Source of the DNA: an uncultured Muribaculaceae bacterium
GTDB lineage: Bacteria > Bacteroidota > Bacteroidia > Bacteroidales > Muribaculaceae
DNA: 64,000 nucleotides
NCBI GenBank assembly: GCA_910579995.1
Contig: CAJTWH010000007.1
Span: 11,050-75,049 of the forward strand
Direction of reading: 5' to 3'
The position numbers were made by a program, and so were the translations under genes. Below, one piece after another: positions 9,748 to 18,760 of the stretch. The number at the start of each line of letters is the position of its first letter. Position 1 is the first letter of the stretch. The notes below the pieces were generated by a model that searched no databases, was not told the origin of the DNA, and was given only the letters and a program-made list of their open reading frames with translations.

Positions 9748-9889
9748 CATTGTCGTAGACAAATGTGTGGCGGTCTGTATGGTTGCCAGATGGGTGTTAG
9801 AGCCGGTTTTCGGTGGCCCTCATCAAGGCGGAATTGTAGAAAAGCAAGTCTATCCTCGTGAGATTCATCCCAACTTCTTTCCGGACATG

Positions 9890-10351
9890 TTAATCATCCT
9901 CATGCGTCATTATTGGCTTTTGTCCTTCGATACGGTAGAAAGGAACCAGATCCACCATGAAAAGCGAGTCACTCACCAATTTGAAATCTGCAGCGATAGG
10001 CTCTTGATTCTGAAGGCTGTCAACGACATACTCTCCATCTGTAAAGTACCATGCGTCGATAAGAATGAAGGGATCTCTATCCACTCTTTTGATACTATAT
10101 CTCTCAACGTATTGCGGCTGAAATATTATGCTGTCACCGCAGATCTCATAAGTGCCTCTCAAACTGAAGATAGGATTGAACGACTCATATTCGCTTGCGC
10201 AAAAAGCGAATTGATTACCTTTAAAGCTGTAACCACTTAGATAGGCAGCTGATACATCCTGCGTTTTGGCCTGCCAGAAGCCGTCAAGGCATACACCCAT
10301 GCATGCAAACGGCACAAGCAACAGTCCTTTCAATAGATTTTTCACTCGCAT
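9890..10351 (-). CDS. Exported candidate immunity protein, duplicate of 7311..7772
   Basis: Near-identical 153 aa protein. Confidence 0.75.
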   Translation of the reverse strand: MRVKNLLKGLLLVPFACMGVCLDGFWQAKTQDVSAAYLSGYSFKGNQFAFCASEYESFNPIFSLRGTYEICGDSIIFQPQYVERYSIKRVDRDPFILIDAWYFTDGEYVVDSLQNQEPIAADFKLVSDSLFMVDLVPFYRIEGQKPIMTHEDD

Positions 10352-10448
10352 AATTTTAAGGTTTAATTGTTACTGTTTTCTTGGTTGTTCTCATCTTTTT
10401 ATGATGTTGAGCAAGCTGTGAAAAATTGCTCAATTTACATTGTTTAAG
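9896..10448. repeat. ~550 bp direct repeat copy B
   Basis: Near-identical to 7317..7869. Confidence 0.9.
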
Positions 10449-10644
10449 GTGTGCTTAAGGTGAATAGCTGTGAACGAATAATAATACATAATCCTATATG
10501 TTAATCGTCTAATATGGAGCAAGCTCAGGATGTATTAAATCGGAGTATTTATTAAAAAAGTAAGCCCCGGTTTTCATGCATAATACAAATAAAGCTATTC
10601 TGTCAATCAGCATATTGCCGTTGTCTGAGACGAATCGTTACCTT

Positions 10645-11169
10645 TCAGAACGTTGTAATTCGTTTTCCGAATCTGCTCTCTAACGATTCTCGGAATTCGG
10701 CGATACAGCATGGGTGCTTGTATAAGAATGGATAAGAGGAGCGAAAGAGACCTTCTAAATCTGCAATTGGGTAATTTTCATATTCAAAAAGAAATTCAAA
10801 TGTGATAAACATGGTAAGATTTACCAATATCTTTTGTTGTTCATCATTCGGCAGATATCCCAAAAATTTTTCAAATTCGATATGCTTGTCAGGATAGTTT
10901 GTGAACATTTCATAGAAATGTCCCCCAATGCCTTCCGAACATTCTTCGGTGCGATGGTCAAGCAGATAATTGAACATAGGTATATAGTCCGACATCTCGC
11001 TTGAGGCTTGGTCATATATCGGACTAAATATCATAATTTCCGTTCTCAATGAATCGGAATTCTGCGAAAGGTCTTTCTCTAGAGCATTGAGAAAAACCTC
11101 TCTTTCTTCAGCAGCTACTGATTGCAACGCCGTTACAACCAAAATCAATAGTAATAAAATCTTCTTCAT
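10645..11169 (-). CDS. Exported protein, candidate cognate immunity for 11166..12428
   Basis: Start revised to MKKILLLLILVVTALQSVAA (signal peptide), ATGA-coupled to toxin stop at 11166-11168. Confidence 0.7.
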   Translation of the reverse strand: MKKILLLLILVVTALQSVAAEEREVFLNALEKDLSQNSDSLRTEIMIFSPIYDQASSEMSDYIPMFNYLLDHRTEECSEGIGGHFYEMFTNYPDKHIEFEKFLGYLPNDEQQKILVNLTMFITFEFLFEYENYPIADLEGLFRSSYPFLYKHPCCIAEFRESLESRFGKRITTF

Positions 11170-12428
11170 ATATCTAATTCTGTTTGTGAGCCATTCTCCA
11201 ATGTGACAATTAATTCGGGTAGTTCTCCTCCATTCAATGTCCAACTGTCTTTGACCATCTCTCGGTCACTATAATTTACCGGTTTTTCCAAATCATTTTC
11301 TACAATGAGATACCCCATGTGTTCTTCCGGATTATATTCTTCGAGTGCGTCTGTAATTTCTTTCATTTCAACTATATCTTCATTGGCCATACGTTGACAT
11401 CCCTGAGTATCTGCTAACTCCGGTTGTTGCCTACGTCCGCCATGTGTATGCATGTAATCGCGCCCTAGTCCTTCTCCTTCTAAATATTGTGTTGCCAAAA
11501 GAAAATCAGGGCCGAATTTTATAGCAGGATATCTACTATTGCCAGTTTTTCGCCACTCAAGCAATTTATATTTTCCCGTAGGGGTATCTCCGTTGGTTTT
11601 AGTTCTATCCCTATGTTCTCCTCTAACCTTAACAACTGTTTGATATACAGTGTTTCCTCTCATATCAGTGACAGTGTATATTGCATAAGGATTGTTCCCT
11701 CTGTCAGGAGACGCTGATATTTTTACATCCCAATTACCATCCATGTCTATACGGTTGATTGGATCTGCGCTCGAAAATATGTAAGGAGACATTTGAGAGC
11801 GTAATGGTGCCATCGCGTCTTGTGATATCCACCTTGCCATTGCGGGGTCGTACATTCGGGCGCCGTGGTCGGCGAGGTTGAGGGATTGGTCGGTTAGGAG
11901 TTCTTTGGCGGTGTATTTGTAGGGGTTGGCTTGGGGCTCGGTCGATTCGGCCATGGGGAGGCCGTAGGGGTAGTAGTAGGTTGTCTGGTCGAAGACTGTC
12001 GTGCCTCCGTCGCGGCTCACCACGTCGCGGACGTTGCCTTGCCAGTCGCGCACGTAGACATGTGTGCCCTCGCTGTCGCGGTAGCCGGTTGATGTGTTTA
12101 TGCGCGTCAGTTGCTCATCGGTGTATTCGTTGTGGCCGTATTTGTGGTAGTGGTAGATAATCGGTAAGGATGGAGTTGGCCTGCCGCCGCCAATCACACC
12201 GCCCCACGACGCGGCGCGGAAGACTGGAGGTATAAATGGCTCGGGGCTGACCTCAACCCGCCTTGCATTGGGGCTGTAAGTCCGGCAGAGCAGGCGTCCG
12301 GAGGCTGTGCGGGTGAAGTCCTGAATGCCGATTTCGTAATCCACGCCTTTGAGCATGTTGTTGTAATCCCATGAGTAGCGCATGCGCTCTCCGTAGTCAG
12401 GATATCTGTAAAGTCTTTTGTGCGTCAT
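11166..12428 (-). CDS. Rhs-core cassette with L,D-transpeptidase (YkuD)-like tip
   Basis: Rhs core ending DPINRIDMDGN; tip has GDTPTGKY, MHTHGG and DTQGCQRMANED. Confidence 0.8.
   Translation of the reverse strand: MTHKRLYRYPDYGERMRYSWDYNNMLKGVDYEIGIQDFTRTASGRLLCRTYSPNARRVEVSPEPFIPPVFRAASWGGVIGGGRPTPSLPIIYHYHKYGHNEYTDEQLTRINTSTGYRDSEGTHVYVRDWQGNVRDVVSRDGGTTVFDQTTYYYPYGLPMAESTEPQANPYKYTAKELLTDQSLNLADHGARMYDPAMARWISQDAMAPLRSQMSPYIFSSADPINRIDMDGNWDVKISASPDRGNNPYAIYTVTDMRGNTVYQTVVKVRGEHRDRTKTNGDTPTGKYKLLEWRKTGNSRYPAIKFGPDFLLATQYLEGEGLGRDYMHTHGGRRQQPELADTQGCQRMANEDIVEMKEITDALEEYNPEEHMGYLIVENDLEKPVNYSDREMVKDSWTLNGGELPELIVTLENGSQTELDI
11829..12331 (-). repeat. Rhs core repeat copy 3
   Basis: Near-identical to 9245..9747. 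Confidence 0.9.
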
Positions 12429-13012
12429 TCAAACTTACGATAAAATTGCTCACCTGAAGCAAGTTGATAGTAAACTAACCCATATTTTTTTGATACTACG
12501 AATCTGTTGATATGATTTATTGTATCTTTTGACCAATCAGGAATCCTGCTATTGTATGAATCAATGATAAAGCAAGAGTCTAATTCTGTTTCGTTTATTT
12601 TGAATGAATCAACAATTATTTTAGGTTCATAGCTATTTGAATATCTTGTTCCAAAATGGAAAAAAGTTTTTAGGGTATCACTATCAACTTTCCTGATTAT
12701 TGCAAAAAGATCATCAAGTTCCCTTAAATTATCAGTGACTTTGAATTTATAGCCACCACCGGCTTCATATTGGGAACCTGTTTCAAATGTATATGCAAAA
12801 GGATCCGTACGATTCTCTACAAACTCACCCCATCTTGTTAATTTCGATACATTACCGGAGTCGGAGACAAAGGTGGCGTTGTCCTTATAGTATCCGGTCA
12901 CCCATTTTAGGTCATCTTGTGAGAGATGGGTCATTTCGGTATACATAAAGCAGCCACGGACGATAAATACAATCGCCACGCACCACAGAATGACTTTGAT
13001 AATAGGTTTCAT
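12425..13012 (-). CDS. Membrane-anchored/lipoprotein-like hypothetical; candidate orphan immunity
   Basis: N-terminal hydrophobic segment ending VRGC; C-terminal SKKYGLVYYQLASGEQFYR; AT-rich. Confidence 0.6.
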   Translation of the reverse strand: MKPIIKVILWCVAIVFIVRGCFMYTEMTHLSQDDLKWVTGYYKDNATFVSDSGNVSKLTRWGEFVENRTDPFAYTFETGSQYEAGGGYKFKVTDNLRELDDLFAIIRKVDSDTLKTFFHFGTRYSNSYEPKIIVDSFKINETELDSCFIIDSYNSRIPDWSKDTINHINRFVVSKKYGLVYYQLASGEQFYRKFE

Positions 13013-13015
13013 TGT

Positions 13016-13120
13016 TCAATTCTGTCTTGTTATCGCTGCATTCAAAATATCTTGTTGGCACAGGGCGGACATGCCGGTGACCGACAAGAGGGCGAATGCG
13101 ATGTGGTGGAGCTGCTTCAT
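13016..13120 (-). pseudogene. 34-codon signal-peptide-like ORF, possible deleted Rhs head remnant
   Basis: MKQLHHIAFALLSVTGMSALCQQDILNAAITRQN*, first ORF after island promoter. Confidence 0.4.
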
Positions 13121-13145
13121 GGTGCTGATAATGATGGATTCCCCA

Positions 13146-13177
13146 CAAAGTTAATTAATAAACTCCAAAATTCCAAA
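13146..13177 (-). promoter_or_regulatory. Bacteroidetes primary-sigma promoter driving the toxin island
   Basis: TTTG-N20-TAACTTTG on minus strand. Confidence 0.65.
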
Positions 13178-13227
13178 TATTAGCTCGCAAATTCTTTCTG
13201 ACACTTTTCAATATCGCATACATATAT

Positions 13228-13266
13228 AAAAAGCAAGAGGCACGATATTGCTATCGTGCCTCTTTT
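13228..13266 (-). terminator. Terminator downstream of tRNA-Pro
   Basis: AAGAGGCACGATA / TATCGTGCCTCTT 13 bp stem flanked by A/T tracts. Confidence 0.75.
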
Positions 13267-13272
13267 CAAAAG

Positions 13273-13346
13273 TCGGGGTGACTAGACTCGAACTAGCGAC
13301 CTCACGCCCCCCAGACGCGTACTCTAACCAACTGAGCTACACCCCG
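13273..13346 (-). tRNA. tRNA-Pro (GGG)
   Basis: CGGGGTGTAGCTCAGTTGGTTAGAGTACGCGTCTGGGGGGCGTGAGGTCGCTAGTTCGAGTCTAGTCACCCCGA; acceptor stem CGGGGTG/CACCCCG, T-loop GTTCGAG. Confidence 0.95.
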
Positions 13347-13511
13347 TCTTTCTCAAAAGCGTTGCAAAGTTACGACCTATTTTTTGATTATGCAAATTTT
13401 TTAGCAACTTTTTTTCAAAAAAAATTCATCAATTTTAAATGGTACTTGATAATCAGGGTGTTATAAAGGAGGCTTGCATTTGTGCTGAGGTTTGACTAAT
13501 TTTGCACTGCT

Positions 13512-14717
13512 ATGGCAAATATATATGAACTGCGCCGATATGGCAAAATTGCGTTCCTTGTTGCCGCTGCCGCGGTGGTTGCGCTTTTCCTCTATTTCTC
13601 CGACGGCCTTATCAGAGACCTCTCGGATGTGGAGCGCGACCGTATGCAGCTGTGGGCCGACGCCACTAAGGAAATTGTGTCGGTGACAACGAGTGCCGAC
13701 AATGGCGACACCAACATCGATTTCCTTTTAGGTATTATAAAGAGCAACACTACCATCCCTGTACTGCTTACCGACGGCGAGGGGCATATACTGCAATATC
13801 GCAATTTCAATCTGCCTGTTCCCGGCGATACATTGGGCATAGGCTCGCCGCAGAACGAGCGCAATCTCGCCTACCTCAACTCCAAGCTTGCCGATCTTGC
13901 AGCCTCCGGCAAGATGATTGAGATTGATATAGCGCCCGGAGAGGTGCAGAAGCTATATTATGACGATTCTACCTTGCTGCGTCGCATGAGTGTGTTTCCT
14001 TATATACTGGTGCTGGTAATGCTGTCGTTTATCGCTGTGGTATATTTCGCCGTGCTCTCTACAAAGAAGGCGGAGCAGAACAAGGTGTGGGTCGGCCTGT
14101 CGAAAGAGACCGCTCACCAGCTCGGAACACCGATATCGTCGCTTATGGCATGGATGGAGCTGCTGCCCGACATGGGAGTCGACGCCGACACTCTTGCCGA
14201 GATGAACAAGGATGTCAACCGCCTCAGCACCATAGCCTCGCGCTTTTCGAAGATAGGCAGCGCCCCGCGCATGGACTCCGCCGACCTCAACGCCACTGTG
14301 GGCGACGCCGTTTCTTATATGTCTACCCGCATTTCACCCCGCATATCGCTGCAGTGGCACCCATTTTCTCACCATGTGGATATCAAGGCATGTGCGCCGC
14401 TCTTGGCTTGGGTGATAGAAAACCTTATAAAGAATGCCGTCGACGCCATGGACGGCAGCGGGCGGATCGATGTCTCTACCGGCGCCGGCCCGCTCAATGC
14501 ATTTATTGAAGTGGCCGATACCGGCAAAGGCATAAGCCGCAAGAATTTCAAGACCGTATTCAACCCCGGCTTCACCACCAAGAGCCGCGGCTGGGGGCTC
14601 GGACTCACGCTCGCCAAGCGAATCATCGAGCAATACCACGGCGGTAAAATATTTGTAAAACAATCAGCTCCCGGGGTCGGGACTACATTCAGAATCGAAA
14701 TCCCGGTAGCGAAGTAA
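13512..14717 (+). CDS. Membrane sensor histidine kinase (orphan)
   Basis: Two TMs; ETAHQLGTPISSL H-box; ENLIKNAVDAM, DTGKGI, GWGLGL. Confidence 0.9.
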   Translation: MANIYELRRYGKIAFLVAAAAVVALFLYFSDGLIRDLSDVERDRMQLWADATKEIVSVTTSADNGDTNIDFLLGIIKSNTTIPVLLTDGEGHILQYRNFNLPVPGDTLGIGSPQNERNLAYLNSKLADLAASGKMIEIDIAPGEVQKLYYDDSTLLRRMSVFPYILVLVMLSFIAVVYFAVLSTKKAEQNKVWVGLSKETAHQLGTPISSLMAWMELLPDMGVDADTLAEMNKDVNRLSTIASRFSKIGSAPRMDSADLNATVGDAVSYMSTRISPRISLQWHPFSHHVDIKACAPLLAWVIENLIKNAVDAMDGSGRIDVSTGAGPLNAFIEVADTGKGISRKNFKTVFNPGFTTKSRGWGLGLTLAKRIIEQYHGGKIFVKQSAPGVGTTFRIEIPVAK

Positions 14718-14729
14718 GCAATATATACA

Positions 14730-15962
14730 ATGACTAAGGAAGCTAACATAGAACTTATACTCATAAATATCTCAGGCGACGACCGTCCCGGCGTCACTGC
14801 CGCCCTCGCCGAAATCCTGTCGCGCCATGAAGCGCAGATTCTTGACATCGGTCAGGCCGACATACATCACAGCCTGTCGCTGGGCATACTCTTCCGCACC
14901 ACATCAGAGCGCTCCGGCGACATAATGAAAGACCTCCTCTTCAAGTGCTATGAATTGAGCGTGAAGATACGTTTCTCGCCCATTTCTATCGAAGATTATG
15001 AGAGCTGGGTGTCGCGTCAGGGTAAAAACCGCTGGATTATCACCATACTGGGCCGTCAGCTCAAGGCCAAGCATATAGCCTTGGTTACCGATGAGATAGC
15101 TCGCCAGCAGCTCAATATCGACAGCATACAGCGCCTTACAGGCCGTATGCCGCTCAGCGATAACGAAGAGCCGCGCTCGAAGGCATGCGTAGAGTTTTCG
15201 GTGCGAGGCAATCCGCTCGACATCGCCACTATGCGCAGCCGCTTCATGGAGATATCGCAGGCCGAGGAATTTGATATCTCGCTTCAGGAAGACAACGTGT
15301 TCCGCCGCTGCCGCCGGTTGATATGCTTCGATATGGACTCTACCCTTATCGAGACCGAGGTAATCGACGAGCTCGCCGACCGCGCAGGCGTAGGCCCGCA
15401 GGTGCGCGCCATCACCGAGAGCGCCATGCGCGGTGAGATTGATTTCTGCGAGAGTTTCCGCCGCCGTGTCGCCCTGCTCGAAGGCCTTGACGAGAGTGTA
15501 ATGCAGGACATCGCCGAGAATCTGCCCATAACCGAAGGAGTAGAGCGCATGATGGCCGTGCTCAAACGCACCGGCTACAAGACGGCCATACTCTCGGGCG
15601 GTTTCACTTATTTCGGCAATTACCTCAAGCGTCGTTTCGGCTTCGACTATGTATATGCCAACGAGCTTGAGATTGTCGACGGCAAACTTACCGGCCGCTA
15701 CGTCGGCGATATTGTCGACGGCAAGCGCAAGGCCGAGCTCCTGCGCATAATAGCTCAGGTTGAAAATATAAACATAGCCCAGACCATAGCAGTTGGCGAC
15801 GGTGCCAACGATCTGCCCATGCTCTCCACTGCCGGCCTTGGCATAGCCTTCCATGCCAAACCCAAGGTGAAGCAGACAGCCCGCCAGTCGATTTCGACAA
15901 TCGGCCTCGACGGTGTGCTCTATTTCTTGGGCTTCAAAGACAGCTACATCGGCTCGAAATAA
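14730..15962 (+). CDS. serB: Phosphoserine phosphatase with ACT domains
   Basis: GDDRPGVT ACT domain; FDMDSTLI and GDGANDLPML HAD motifs. Confidence 0.93.
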   Translation: MTKEANIELILINISGDDRPGVTAALAEILSRHEAQILDIGQADIHHSLSLGILFRTTSERSGDIMKDLLFKCYELSVKIRFSPISIEDYESWVSRQGKNRWIITILGRQLKAKHIALVTDEIARQQLNIDSIQRLTGRMPLSDNEEPRSKACVEFSVRGNPLDIATMRSRFMEISQAEEFDISLQEDNVFRRCRRLICFDMDSTLIETEVIDELADRAGVGPQVRAITESAMRGEIDFCESFRRRVALLEGLDESVMQDIAENLPITEGVERMMAVLKRTGYKTAILSGGFTYFGNYLKRRFGFDYVYANELEIVDGKLTGRYVGDIVDGKRKAELLRIIAQVENINIAQTIAVGDGANDLPMLSTAGLGIAFHAKPKVKQTARQSISTIGLDGVLYFLGFKDSYIGSK

Positions 15963-16053
15963 AAATTTTTGCCACGGGCGCGAACTTTTTCAAGCCTGCA
16001 GCGTTTTAATTGAAAGCTGTAACTTTTCAACTATTTCATCAATGTAGCTGCCC

Positions 16054-18363
16054 ATGAGGGTTCTTAAGTGCTTTTTTCTTCTTTTCGTTTTTCTCCTGAC
16101 TTCGACATCAGCGCTGCCACAGGCAGCGCTGGGGTCGCATCAGTCGGTCGGACTTGTGCTCAGCGGCGGCGGTGCGAAGGGTATCGCCCACATCGGCGCC
16201 ATTAAGGCTCTTGAGGAAAACGATATCCCCATCGACTATATCACAGGCACATCGATGGGTGCCATTGTCGGTGCGCTCTATGCCATAGGATATACACCCG
16301 AAGAGATGATGGCTCTGATTACATCGCCATACTTCGGCTATATGTCTACCGGTACGGTCGACCCTGAGTTCACGTATTATTTTTCTTCCGACCGCGTGTC
16401 GCCACAGCTGTTTTCCATGCAGGTGGGGCACACCGACAGTATCAGCGGCAAGCGCTTCAATCCTCAATCGCTCATCTCGCCTGCGCCAATGCAGTTTGGC
16501 TTCATGGAGATTTTCAGTGCCAACACGGCCCAATGCGGGGGCGACTTCGACAAGCTCTTTGTGCCGCTCCGCACTGTGGCTTCGAATATGACACGCCGCT
16601 GCAAGCATGTATTCGCCGGCGGCGATCTTGCCGACGCCGTGCGGGCTTCCATGAGCTTCCCTCTTGTATTTCAGGCTATCAGGATAGATGGCGACGTATA
16701 CTACGACGGCGGTATCTACGATAATTTCCCCGTCGATGTAATGCGCAGTGAGTTCGCCCCGTCGGTAATGCTTGGTTTTGATGTCTCCGCTCCGTCCGAC
16801 GGGCCTCCCAACAGCTATATGGACCAGCTCGAAATGCTCGTCATGGTGCCTCAGACCTACGACCTGCCCGAGCGCGACGGTGTCAAGGTGCGCATTAAGC
16901 TCAGCGAATTCGGCCTGCTCGATTTCGGCGCTGCGCAGCAGATATATGAAAAAGGCTACCGGCGCACGATGGAAATGATGGACTCTATCAAAGCCCGTGT
17001 CCACACCCGTATTTCCGGCGACGTGCGCGATATGCGCCGCAAGACATTCCGCATGCGCACTCCGGCTCTGCGTTTTTCCGATGTCAAGGTAAGCGGAGGC
17101 TCGCCGAGGCAAAATGAGTATATACGCTATCTTTTCAATCCGGCCAAGGGTGAAGATACCATAGGTGTAGACCGTGCAAGGCTTGCCTTTTACCGCGCAC
17201 TTGGTTCTGACAAACTCAACAAGCTCACACCGTCGGCAGTGCCGGTCGACAGCACCGGTCTCTTCAACCTCAATCTCGACATATCTGTCAAGAAAAAGAT
17301 ATCGCTTGGTGCCGGGGCATATATCACATCATCGAATAACAGCTTCCTCTATCTTCGGGCCGGATATTCATCGCTGAGCTTCAGCAGCGTCAATGCCGAC
17401 GTTGAGGCTTGGATTGGCCAAAGCTACATGGCCGGTATGCTGAGCGGCTCGATATTTCTGCCCTCGCGGCTGCCGTCGGCGTTGAAGCTTACTGCAGTGG
17501 CGTCGAGGCAACGTTTCCATGAAAATGAAAAGTTGTTTTTTAAAGACAACGAGCCCTCGTTTGTCATCGATCATGAATATTTCGGCCGTCTCGCATGGTC
17601 TTTTGCCGCCGGCCGGAAAGGAAGCGGTGAAGTTGGTGTAGGCGGAGGCAGGCTTTACAACACCTTCTACCGCAACAGCGACCCCGAGAGTTATCTTGCG
17701 GGACGCGACAATATCGGCCTCAACCTTGCCCAAGCCTACGCCGCTTACAGCTCTTCCACACTCGATGACTACAATTATCCCACCTCGGGATTTCAACGCC
17801 GCGGTACGGTGTCGGCTGTTATCGGGCGCTCCCATTTCCATAACGCCATTGATGAGACAGACCATAGCGACAATCTCAGATGGATTCAGCTTCATTGGCG
17901 CGAGCGCGATTATTTCAATATCGGCAAGCACTTCTCCTTGGGTGTCGAAGGTGAGCTGATGGCTTCGACACGGCCGCTCCTGCAAAGCTACTATGCCACA
18001 ATCTCCACTGCGCCGGCGTTTACTCCCACTCCGGCGTCGTACAATGTATTCGATCCCGGCTTGCGGGCGACGAGTTTTGCCGCAGCCTCGCTTGTGCCGG
18101 TTTATAAATATAACTCTACCTTGTCGGCCCGGCTCACAATGAGCGGTTTTGTGCCGGCGCGCACGATCGTGGAGACTGCCGGAGGGCTCGCGCGATATGG
18201 CCGTTGGTTCGGAACGGCGCACTTCTTCGGCGAGTTCGCCGTGGCGTGCAAATTGCCCTTTGCCACGCTGAGCGCGTATTGCAACTACTCCACATCGCGC
18301 CATCATTTCAACGCCGGTATCAGTCTCGGCCTATTCATATTAGCACCCAAATTTATACAATGA
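16054..18363 (+). CDS. Patatin-like phospholipase with C-terminal outer-membrane barrel (PlpD-like)
   Basis: Signal peptide; SGGGAKG, GTSMG, DGG motifs; long beta-rich C-terminus. Confidence 0.88.
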   Translation: MRVLKCFFLLFVFLLTSTSALPQAALGSHQSVGLVLSGGGAKGIAHIGAIKALEENDIPIDYITGTSMGAIVGALYAIGYTPEEMMALITSPYFGYMSTGTVDPEFTYYFSSDRVSPQLFSMQVGHTDSISGKRFNPQSLISPAPMQFGFMEIFSANTAQCGGDFDKLFVPLRTVASNMTRRCKHVFAGGDLADAVRASMSFPLVFQAIRIDGDVYYDGGIYDNFPVDVMRSEFAPSVMLGFDVSAPSDGPPNSYMDQLEMLVMVPQTYDLPERDGVKVRIKLSEFGLLDFGAAQQIYEKGYRRTMEMMDSIKARVHTRISGDVRDMRRKTFRMRTPALRFSDVKVSGGSPRQNEYIRYLFNPAKGEDTIGVDRARLAFYRALGSDKLNKLTPSAVPVDSTGLFNLNLDISVKKKISLGAGAYITSSNNSFLYLRAGYSSLSFSSVNADVEAWIGQSYMAGMLSGSIFLPSRLPSALKLTAVASRQRFHENEKLFFKDNEPSFVIDHEYFGRLAWSFAAGRKGSGEVGVGGGRLYNTFYRNSDPESYLAGRDNIGLNLAQAYAAYSSSTLDDYNYPTSGFQRRGTVSAVIGRSHFHNAIDETDHSDNLRWIQLHWRERDYFNIGKHFSLGVEGELMASTRPLLQSYYATISTAPAFTPTPASYNVFDPGLRATSFAAASLVPVYKYNSTLSARLTMSGFVPARTIVETAGGLARYGRWFGTAHFFGEFAVACKLPFATLSAYCNYSTSRHHFNAGISLGLFILAPKFIQ

Positions 18364-18701
18364 ACAAAGTGATACTTTGCGGCAATGTAGGCCGCGACCC
18401 CAAAATGAGAATGGTAGACAGCAGCCCCGTTGCCGAGTTTACCCTTGCCACAAACGAGCGTCGGCGCGGACGAGACGCCGAGGGCCGTGAGATAGAACTC
18501 CCCGAAATCACCGAGTGGCACAATATCGTCATGTGGGGACGTGCGGCCGAGTTTGCCGAGAGATATATCCGCAAAGGCTCAAAGCTCCTTGTAGAAGGCA
18601 AAATCCGCACCCGTGCGTGGGACGACCATAATGCCATAAGACGCACTATCACCGAGATTTATGTCGATTCTTTTGAACTTTTACCGCGTTCGCAGGGTTG
18701 A
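18360..18701 (+). CDS. ssb: Single-stranded DNA-binding protein (short)
   Basis: [14 protein letters not shown]...FTLATNE...TEWHNIVMW...[14 protein letters not shown]; start revised to ATG 18360. Confidence 0.9.
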   Translation: MNKVILCGNVGRDPKMRMVDSSPVAEFTLATNERRRGRDAEGREIELPEITEWHNIVMWGRAAEFAERYIRKGSKLLVEGKIRTRAWDDHNAIRRTITEIYVDSFELLPRSQG

Positions 18702-18760
18702 TATATTATTCAACTGAAGTTTGCGAAACTTAAAAACATCAACTGTTTATTTATCAGACC

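Larger units (their letters stand above)
2397..13153 (-). other. AT-rich polymorphic toxin/immunity island (Rhs orphan cassettes plus immunity-like genes)
   Basis: All ORFs on minus strand; AT-rich except repeated Rhs cores; bounded by rpmH promoter and tRNA-Pro terminator; no integrase seen. Confidence 0.8.

Noticed and set aside
9767..10240. 157-aa plus-strand ORF in the island
   Set aside because: Antisense to the duplicated immunity gene 9890..10351; no recognisable motif
6829..12331. Rhs core repeats as a DGR template/variable pair
   Set aside because: Differences are not confined to adenines and no reverse transcriptase is in the window
5287..12465. 24 bp near-match aaattgctcac(t/c)tgaag(t/c)aagttg at ~5287 and ~12443
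   Set aside because: Both lie inside unrelated CDSs in different frames in AT-rich DNA; probably chance
13248..13466. 72-aa plus-strand ORF
   Set aside because: Antisense to tRNA-Pro
14904..15854. Long antisense ORFs (also 16108..17112, 17368..18306, 43950..44903, 53129..54259, 62706..63365)
   Set aside because: They shadow well-supported genes on the opposite strand in GC-rich DNA and have no recognisable motifs
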